Assembly: GCA_035627515.1 (NCBI GenBank)
Contig: DASPLQ010000012.1
Location: 778,331 to 842,330 of the forward strand
Origin: Vitreimonas sp.
Lineage (GTDB): Bacteria; Patescibacteriota; Microgenomatia; UBA1400; PJMF01
Length of the DNA stretch: 64,000 bases
Direction of reading: 5' to 3'
Part shown: positions 58,056 through 64,000 of the stretch, one piece after another
How positions within the stretch are numbered: the stretch's first letter is position 1
How the letters are laid out: each line of letters opens with the position of its first letter
The notes under the pieces: model-generated
What the model was told of the DNA's origin: nothing
Database searches by the model: none
Seen by the model: only the letters and a program-made list of their open reading frames with translations
Program-made: the position numbers and the translations under genes

Positions 58056-58709
58056 ATGGGACAAAAAGTAAATCCAACTAGCTTTCGTATCGGTAACACT
58101 TTCACCTGGAAATCACGCTGGTTTGCAGATAAAAGTAGTTACTCTGACACCATGCTCGAGGATTATTCCTTAAGAAAGTTCTTATCAGGAAAATTATCAA
58201 ATGCTGGTTTAGTCCAAATTGATATTGAACGATCATTAACAAGTATCAAAGTCATGTTATATGTTTCACGCCCTGGTGTTGTTATCGGCAAAGGTGGCGT
58301 AAACTTAGAAGCTATCAAAAAAGACATTGAACGCATTTTGAACGTCGCTAAAAAGAAAAAAGATAAAGTCCGCGTGGAATTAAAAGTTGAAGAAATTAAG
58401 AAACCTGATTTAAGTGCTCGCTTAGTAGCAGAACGAATTGCTGAGCAATTAATCAAACGTTTCCCTCACCGCCGTGCAGTGATGCAAGCTTTAGAAAAAG
58501 TGATGGGAGCCGGTGCTAAGGGCGTAAAAATCGCTTTGTCAGGTCGGATTGGTGGCGCCGAGATTGGTCGCAGTGAGAAATACTTCCAAGGAAGTGTGCC
58601 CACTCAAACTTTACGCGCTAATATTGATTATTACCAATCTCCAGCTCGTACTCGATCTGGATACGTGGGTATTAAGGTCTGGATTTATAAAGGTGAAGTA
58701 GTTCATTAA
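58056..58709 (+). CDS. rpsC: 30S ribosomal protein uS3
   Basis: 'MGQKVNP', 'RPGVVIGKGG', 'SGRIGGAEI', 'VPTQTLRANIDY'. Confidence 0.98.
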   Translation: MGQKVNPTSFRIGNTFTWKSRWFADKSSYSDTMLEDYSLRKFLSGKLSNAGLVQIDIERSLTSIKVMLYVSRPGVVIGKGGVNLEAIKKDIERILNVAKKKKDKVRVELKVEEIKKPDLSARLVAERIAEQLIKRFPHRRAVMQALEKVMGAGAKGVKIALSGRIGGAEIGRSEKYFQGSVPTQTLRANIDYYQSPARTRSGYVGIKVWIYKGEVVH

Positions 58710-58715
58710 GAAGAT

Positions 58716-59120
58716 ATGTTACAACCGAAAAAATCAAAATTCAGAAAACAATTTAGAGGCAAGAACCGTGGTGTAGCCTTACGTGGTTCGAGTGTCACTT
58801 TTGGTGATTTTGGTTTGAAAGCAGTCACGGCTGGCTGGATTACTTCTCGCCAAATTGAAGCTGCTCGTAAAAAAATTACCTATGCTACCAAACGTGCTGG
58901 TCGTTACTGGATGAAAGTGTTTCCTCACAAACCAGTTACTCATAAACCAGTGGGTGTGAAAATGGGCTCTGGTAAAGGTGATATTGATAAATACGTAGCA
59001 GTCATTAAACCAGGTATGGTGTTGTTTGAAATTGGTGGTGTGACAGAGCAAGAAGCTCGCTCAGCTTTCACCAAAGCTGGTCACAAGTTGTCAGTGAAAA
59101 CGACCTTAATTAAGAAATAA
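58716..59120 (+). CDS. rplP: 50S ribosomal protein uL16
   Basis: 'MLQPK', 'RQIEAAR', 'MGSGKG'. Confidence 0.98.
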   Translation: MLQPKKSKFRKQFRGKNRGVALRGSSVTFGDFGLKAVTAGWITSRQIEAARKKITYATKRAGRYWMKVFPHKPVTHKPVGVKMGSGKGDIDKYVAVIKPGMVLFEIGGVTEQEARSAFTKAGHKLSVKTTLIKK

Positions 59121-59127
59121 AACGAGT

Positions 59128-59331
59128 ATGAAGCGCAACGATATTAAAGCTCTAAAAGATAAATCAGTAGCTGAGTTACAAAAACAACTCGCTCAGTTAG
59201 TGGTGGAGCTGGCTCGCAAGCGCCATGAGAAAAAAGTTGGTAAAATAGTTAACTCACGATCTGTTTCAGTGATGAGTGATGACATTGCTCGCATTAAAAC
59301 AATCTTAAAAGAGAAAGAGTTGGTAGGATAA
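59128..59331 (+). CDS. rpmC: 50S ribosomal protein uL29
   Basis: Position in operon; 'S..EL...L', 'DIARIKTIL.E'. Confidence 0.92.
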   Translation: MKRNDIKALKDKSVAELQKQLAQLVVELARKRHEKKVGKIVNSRSVSVMSDDIARIKTILKEKELVG

Positions 59332-59334
59332 ATC

Positions 59335-59568
59335 ATGAAAACATTACAAGGCACTATTACTTCGCTCAAGAACACAGCTACTGCTCGTGTGACTGTGACG
59401 ACTCGCTGGCAACATCCGTTGTACAAAAAGTACGTCAAGCGCAGTAAAAATTATGCCTGTCATTATGAGAACATTGCCTTAGCTGAAGGTGATTTGGTCA
59501 CGATCCAAGAGTGCCGACCCATCAGCAAGACCAAACGTTTTAAAGTCGTAGCAAAAGTAGAAAACTAA
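59335..59568 (+). CDS. rpsQ: 30S ribosomal protein uS17
   Basis: 'HPLYKKY', '[15 protein letters not shown]'. Confidence 0.97.
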   Translation: MKTLQGTITSLKNTATARVTVTTRWQHPLYKKYVKRSKNYACHYENIALAEGDLVTIQECRPISKTKRFKVVAKVEN

Positions 59569-59569
59569 C

Positions 59570-59944
59570 ATGATTCAATTACGAACCGTACTACAAGTTG
59601 CAGATAACAGTGGCGCCCGACAGCTTCGCGTCATTCAAGTCCATGGTGGTTCACGCCGCCGGTTTGGACACGTGGGTGACATCGTCAGTGCTTCCGTTAT
59701 TGCTGCTGATCCTAAAGGGACGGTTAAAAAAGGCGAAAAAGTCAAAGCTGTGATTGTCCGCACTCACAAGGAAGCCCGCCGCGCTAGTGGCGAGTACATC
59801 CGCTTTGATGATAACGCTGCTGTAGTGATCGAGTCTCGCAGTAATCCTAATCCCATTGGAACTCGCGTTTTTGGACCGGTTGCTCGCGAAGTAAAAGATA
59901 AAGGTTTTGCTAAAATTGCAAGTTTAGCACCAGAAGTATTGTAA
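59570..59944 (+). CDS. rplN: 50S ribosomal protein uL14
   Basis: 'VADNSGA', 'IRFDDNAAV', '[11 protein letters not shown]', 'SLAPEVL'. Confidence 0.99.
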   Translation: MIQLRTVLQVADNSGARQLRVIQVHGGSRRRFGHVGDIVSASVIAADPKGTVKKGEKVKAVIVRTHKEARRASGEYIRFDDNAAVVIESRSNPNPIGTRVFGPVAREVKDKGFAKIASLAPEVL

Positions 59945-59948
59945 ACGT

Positions 59949-60263
59949 ATGAAATTTAAAGTCGGCGATCAAGTCATAGTCACCAGCGGCAAAGATAAAG
60001 GTAAAAAAAGCAGTATCACTGCCGTTTTACCTAAAGACAATAAAGTCGTGGTTGAAGGTTTGAACATGTTTGTCAAACACGTCAAACCACAAGGTGATCG
60101 TGAAGGTCAACGCATTCAACGCGAACGAGCTTTGGATGTCGCCAAAGTCGCTATCTTAAACAATGGTAAGCCTGATCGGATCGGCTACAAAGTCGAAAAA
60201 GATGGCACCAAAGTCAGAGTGTATAAGAAAACTGGAAAAGTAATTGAGAGTAAAAAGAAATAA
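59949..60263 (+). CDS. rplX: 50S ribosomal protein uL24
   Basis: KOW motif 'GD.V.V..GKDKGK', 'VVVEG.N'. Confidence 0.97.
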   Translation: MKFKVGDQVIVTSGKDKGKKSSITAVLPKDNKVVVEGLNMFVKHVKPQGDREGQRIQRERALDVAKVAILNNGKPDRIGYKVEKDGTKVRVYKKTGKVIESKKK

Positions 60264-60265
60264 AT

Positions 60266-60817
60266 ATGAATCGCTTACAAACATTCTACCAAGAGACTGT
60301 GGCTCCAACTCTGATGAAAGAGATGAAGTATAGTACGGTCATGGCTATCCCTAAGATTAAAAAGGTAGTCATTAACACTGGTATTTCCCAACCTCAGGAG
60401 CCTCGGGCTCGCCGTGAGGTGGTCAATAATGTAGCTGAGCAATTTCAAGTTATCAGTGGTCAAAAAGCGCAGATCACCACTGCTCGCAAAGCCATCTCTA
60501 ACTTTAAGTTGCGCAAAGGTGATCCGATGGGTGTGGTAGTTACGCTCCGCAGCCAATTCATGTGGGAGTTCTTAGACAAATTGATTTCAGTAGCTTTACC
60601 TCGGGTAAAAGATTTCCAAGGTGTGTCTCGCACAGCTTTCGATGGTCAAGGCAACTACAACTTGGGAATTGAAGAGCAAATCATCTTCCCTGAAATTGAG
60701 TACGATAAAATTGATCAAGTCCGAAGTTTACAAATTACAGTAGTGACTTCAGCTTCTACTAATGATGAAGCTCGTCGCTTGCTCGAATTATTAGGTATGC
60801 CTTTCAAAAAGGCATAA
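60266..60817 (+). CDS. rplE: 50S ribosomal protein uL5
   Basis: 'GQKA.IT.ARK', 'VTLR', 'LPRVKDF.G', 'FPEI.YD'. Confidence 0.98.
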   Translation: MNRLQTFYQETVAPTLMKEMKYSTVMAIPKIKKVVINTGISQPQEPRARREVVNNVAEQFQVISGQKAQITTARKAISNFKLRKGDPMGVVVTLRSQFMWEFLDKLISVALPRVKDFQGVSRTAFDGQGNYNLGIEEQIIFPEIEYDKIDQVRSLQITVVTSASTNDEARRLLELLGMPFKKA

Positions 60818-60839
60818 TAGATGAGGTTGAGATTATAGT

Positions 60840-61070
60840 ATGGCTAAAAAATCAAAAATCGCTAAAGCTCAAAAACTGTTACGGAAACGTGACATGTTAC
60901 TCCAATCTGGAGTCAAAAAAGCAAACCGCGTATCGACTCGAGGAGAAAACCGGTGTAAAATAACTGGCCGTCCACGTGGATACATGCGTTTCTTCGGTTT
61001 GAGTCGGTTGACTTTCCGTGAGTTAGCAGCCAAAGGCGAATTACCCGGTGTGGTGAAAGCAAGTAAGTAA
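60840..61070 (+). CDS. rpsN: 30S ribosomal protein uS14 (Zn-ribbon-lacking form, 76 aa)
   Basis: 'MAKKS', '[31 protein letters not shown]'. Confidence 0.96.
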   Translation: MAKKSKIAKAQKLLRKRDMLLQSGVKKANRVSTRGENRCKITGRPRGYMRFFGLSRLTFRELAAKGELPGVVKASK

Positions 61071-61083
61071 GTGAATAACTAAT

Positions 61084-61473
61084 ATGACTGATCCTATCGC
61101 AGACATGATCATCCGAATAAAAAATGCTTTACTCGTTCGTAAAGCAGAAGTTGAGATTCCTTTCTCCAAAATGAAGCAATCAATTGCCACCATTTTGAAG
61201 GAAGAAAACTACATCGAAGAAATCGAAGTAAAACCAACTACACCTCAAGCTACTTTAGTCTTGAAGTTGAAGTATGTAGGTCGAACCCCAGCTATCACCG
61301 ACGTCAAGCGCTTATCAAAGCCTGGTCGCCGTATGTATGCTACCGTCGATCAAATTCCTCAATCATTGGGTGGATATGGATTAACTTTGGTCTCTACCAG
61401 TAAAGGAGTCATGACTGCTACTAAAGCTCGCCAACTCAATGTCGGCGGCGAAGTACTGTGTCAGATCTGGTAA
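61084..61473 (+). CDS. rpsH: 30S ribosomal protein uS8
   Basis: 'DPIADM..RIKN', 'SKPG.R', 'STSKG', 'GGE'. Confidence 0.98.
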   Translation: MTDPIADMIIRIKNALLVRKAEVEIPFSKMKQSIATILKEENYIEEIEVKPTTPQATLVLKLKYVGRTPAITDVKRLSKPGRRMYATVDQIPQSLGGYGLTLVSTSKGVMTATKARQLNVGGEVLCQIW

Positions 61474-61478
61474 TCGTT

Positions 61479-62015
61479 ATGTCAAGAATTGGTCGCAAAC
61501 CTATCACTGTTCCATCCGGAGTTACAATTGAGACTCAAGATCATCAAATTGTAGTCCGTGGCCCTAAAGGTGAACTCAAAGTAGAGTTACTCTCAGGCGT
61601 TAAAATGGAGAAACAAGAAGACAAAGTTGTGTTGAGTCGCGTTAATGATGAAAAGCAAAATCGCGCTAATCATGGCTTGATTCGCAGTTTAGTCAATAAT
61701 GCTGTGGCTGGTGTAACAACTGGTTACAAAAAAACCTTGAAATTATTGGGTACTGGATACCGCGTCTCGATGAAAGGGGCTGGTATTTCCTTAGCGGTGG
61801 GTTTCTCCCATCCAGTTGATATTGCTGCTCCAGCTGGTATCAAGCTCAGTATCGAAGGTAACGACACCATTTATATTGAAGGTATCGATAAACAATTAGT
61901 CGGTCAAGTTGCAGCTAATATCCGCAAAGTCCGACCACCTGAACCTTACAAGGGTAAAGGTATTCGTTATGAAGATGAAGTAGTTAGAAGAAAACAAGGT
62001 AAAGCTGCTGCTTAA
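61479..62015 (+). CDS. rplF: 50S ribosomal protein uL6
   Basis: 'MSRIGRKPI', 'GPKGEL', 'GFSHP', 'PEPYKGKGIRY'. Confidence 0.98.
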   Translation: MSRIGRKPITVPSGVTIETQDHQIVVRGPKGELKVELLSGVKMEKQEDKVVLSRVNDEKQNRANHGLIRSLVNNAVAGVTTGYKKTLKLLGTGYRVSMKGAGISLAVGFSHPVDIAAPAGIKLSIEGNDTIYIEGIDKQLVGQVAANIRKVRPPEPYKGKGIRYEDEVVRRKQGKAAA

Positions 62016-62020
62016 CGCCA

Positions 62021-62371
62021 ATGCCAAAAATTACGCATACACTATCTAAAATTGTCAAAAGAAAACTGCGCGTTCGTGGTAAGTTATTTGGAACTAATGC
62101 TCGGCCTCGTTTGTCGATCAATCGTTCTAACAAACACACCTACTTGCAAGCTATCAGTGACGAGCAGGGTGTGACCGTGGCTTATGCCAGTGACGTAAAA
62201 ATCGAAACAGGCACTAAGACTGAGCGCGCTGTCCAAGCCGCCGAGACCTTAGCTAAAGCCTTAATGAAACAAGGTATTAAAGCAGTAATTATTGATCGTG
62301 GTAGCTTCCGCTATCATGGTCGGATCAAGGCCGTCGCCGATGCTGTCCGTGCAGCCGGGGTGGAGGTTTAA
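62021..62371 (+). CDS. rplR: 50S ribosomal protein uL18
   Basis: 'RPRL...RSNKH', 'DRG...YHGR.KA.A...R'. Confidence 0.97.
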   Translation: MPKITHTLSKIVKRKLRVRGKLFGTNARPRLSINRSNKHTYLQAISDEQGVTVAYASDVKIETGTKTERAVQAAETLAKALMKQGIKAVIIDRGSFRYHGRIKAVADAVRAAGVEV

Positions 62372-62374
62372 ATC

Positions 62375-63082
62375 ATGGCTAATCAACATCAACAACGCAA
62401 TCAGATGCAACAAGGCGAAAACCAAGTCAATGAATTTGATGAAAAAGTAGTGCAGATCTCTCGGGTTTCCAAGAAAACCAAGGGTGGCAACAAAATGGGT
62501 TTCTCCATTTTAATGGTAGTTGGTGACCGCAAAGGTCGCGTTGGTGTCGGTTTAGGTAAAGCTGGCGATGTGTTGTCAGCCATGCGCAAAGGTGTCAAAA
62601 AAGCTAAGAAAAAGTTAATCTCTGTGCCTTTAGATGGTACAACTATCCCGTTTGCTTTGACCGTTAAAAAAGGTGCTAGTCGTATCATGTTGAAACCAGC
62701 TCCTAAGGGTTCTGGAGTCATCGCTGGTGGACCTGTGCGCGCCGTGGTGGAAGCTGCAGGTATTCGTGACATCTCAAGCAAAATTTTAGGAACCACTAAT
62801 CAAGCTTCAAATGTGTATGCCACGTTTGATGCTCTGAAACGCATTGAAACTATCGTTAAGTTAAAAGGTATTAAATTGAAGTCTATTGCCGAAATCGAAA
62901 CTGAAGAAGCTAAGAAGATGCAAGAGCTCCAGGAAAAAGCTAAGAAAACTGAAAAAGCCCCTGAAGTGAGTAAAGAAGCTAAGGTTGAAGACAAAACCGA
63001 GAAAAGTGCAGACAAAGCTACCAAACCAGCCAAGAAGCCGGTAGCGAAAAAGGAAAGTAAGAAAAAGGAATTAAGTAACTAA
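62375..63082 (+). CDS. rpsE: 30S ribosomal protein uS5 with charged C-terminal tail
   Basis: 'RVSK..KGG', 'VGD..G.VG.G.GKA', 'G.GVIAGG.VR'. Confidence 0.98.
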   Translation: MANQHQQRNQMQQGENQVNEFDEKVVQISRVSKKTKGGNKMGFSILMVVGDRKGRVGVGLGKAGDVLSAMRKGVKKAKKKLISVPLDGTTIPFALTVKKGASRIMLKPAPKGSGVIAGGPVRAVVEAAGIRDISSKILGTTNQASNVYATFDALKRIETIVKLKGIKLKSIAEIETEEAKKMQELQEKAKKTEKAPEVSKEAKVEDKTEKSADKATKPAKKPVAKKESKKKELSN

Positions 63083-63160
63083 GTAAATGAGTAACTAAGT
63101 AATTCGCTAACGCGCTAAATTACTTAATTACTGAATTACTCAATAACTCAATTACTCAAC
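63069..63160. repeat. 8-mer tandem-repeat hairpin at the position where rpmD usually lies
   Basis: TAAGTAAC/TAAGTAAA/TGAGTAAC/TAAGTAAT followed by inverted ATTACTTA/ATTACTGA/ATTACTCA units. Confidence 0.8.
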
Positions 63161-63162
63161 TC

Positions 63163-63603
63163 ATGTCATTGTTAAACCAACTCATCAGCATTACCACTAA
63201 GCCCAAGAAACGCGTTGGTCGCGGCTATGGATCCGGTAAAGGAAGTCATACTTCTACTCGCGGTACCAAAGGTCTTAAATCACGCGTCGGTGGCAAAGTA
63301 GCCTTATGGTTTGAAGGTGGTCAGTTACCATTGGTCAAGCGCTTACCGATGATCCGTGGTAAGGCTCGCTTCAAAGCTCTTAATCCAGCCGCTGAAATTA
63401 CCTTAAATGACCTCCAAAACATGAGTGCGACTGTTATTACGTTGGACACATTGAAATTAGAAAAAGTCATTGATCAACGCTTTAAAAAAGCTAAAGTAAT
63501 TGCAACTGGATCATTATCTCGAGCCGTGACAGTCAAGGGTATTCCTGCCTCCGCAGCAGCTCGCCAACAGATTGAAAAAGCTGGTGGCTCGCTCGAGAAT
63601 TAA
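63163..63603 (+). CDS. rplO: 50S ribosomal protein uL15
   Basis: 'RVGRG.GSGKG', 'FEGGQ.PL..RLP', 'IEKAGG'. Confidence 0.98.
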   Translation: MSLLNQLISITTKPKKRVGRGYGSGKGSHTSTRGTKGLKSRVGGKVALWFEGGQLPLVKRLPMIRGKARFKALNPAAEITLNDLQNMSATVITLDTLKLEKVIDQRFKKAKVIATGSLSRAVTVKGIPASAAARQQIEKAGGSLEN

Positions 63604-63659
63604 CCCCAGGTCTTGACTTTTCCCACCGTTCCCGTAATACTCAGTTGCTCGTTTGTGCT

Positions 63660-64000
63660 GTGCAACAAATCTTAACCATTTTTAATACCATTGCTCGCAA
63701 TCCAGAACTTCGCAAGAAGTTATTATTTACGGCCGCTATTTTTTTGGTTTTTAGACTCTTGGCTCAAATTCCCGTGCCCGGTGTGGACATTGCTCAAATT
63801 CGCACGTGGTTCAACGCCAACTCATTTTTAAGCTTTTTTAATATTATTTCCGGTGGTACTTTAGCTAACTTCTCAATTGTGGCGGTGGGGATTAATCCTT
63901 ATATTACGGCCTCAATCATTTTTCAGTTGGCTGCGATGGTGTTCCCGGCCTTGAAAGAAATGCAAAAAGAAGGTGAGTCAGGCCGAGAGCGTATTAATCA
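63660..64000 (+). CDS. secY: Preprotein translocase SecY (3'-truncated by window edge; absent from the ORF track)
   Basis: Translation from GTG 63660: '..ELRKKLLFT..IFLVFRLLAQIPVPGVD..SGG.L.NFSI.A.GINPYITASII.QL..P.LKE.QKEGESGR'. Confidence 0.95.
   Translation, partial: MQQILTIFNTIARNPELRKKLLFTAAIFLVFRLLAQIPVPGVDIAQIRTWFNANSFLSFFNIISGGTLANFSIVAVGINPYITASIIFQLAAMVFPALKEMQKEGESGRERIN

Noticed and set aside
63069-63160. CRISPR array
   Set aside because: 8-nt units without unique spacers; no cas genes in the window

Overview
A 64-kb chromosomal segment of a Patescibacteria (CPR) bacterium, most like the Microgenomates group. Supporting signs: no rpmD/uL30 between rpsE and rplO, a short AlaRS, rpoB not preceded by rplJL, and a CPR-type FtsA-like/baseplate-J + sortase + ruvX + mltG block. 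Almost all genes are on the + strand. 1-20 kb holds envelope, stress and redox genes: subtilase, MscS, PAS/GAF kinase, a split HAD, flavodoxin + 2-oxoacid oxidoreductase, a carotenoid-desaturase-like oxidoreductase, an OmpR-type regulator with a small-protein cluster, a prenyltransferase, a CobW GTPase, PrmC and DsbA. 20-36 kb holds four ~550-630 aa orphan proteins, a T-box-controlled alaS and cell-envelope genes. 36-64 kb is rpoBC followed by the str-S10-spc ribosomal cluster up to a partial secY. Highlights: (1) the rpsG/fusA/tuf/rpsJ junctions carry seven orphan ORFs that appear to share shuffled modules; (2) an 88-bp symmetric element centred on ATGTACAT occurs twice, 35.6 kb apart, once upstream of an orphan Phd/YefM-like gene; (3) a T-box with an apparently truncated Stem I; (4) an RNA polymerase with a heavily substituted rifampicin pocket and trigger loop; (5) a pair of distant-paralog membrane orphans with near-identical leaderless promoters; (6) short-period repeat hairpins and an 18-bp palindrome inside the ribosomal operon. 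No tRNA, rRNA, CRISPR array, integrase or transposase was recognised. All family calls are by motif recognition by eye; no searches were run.
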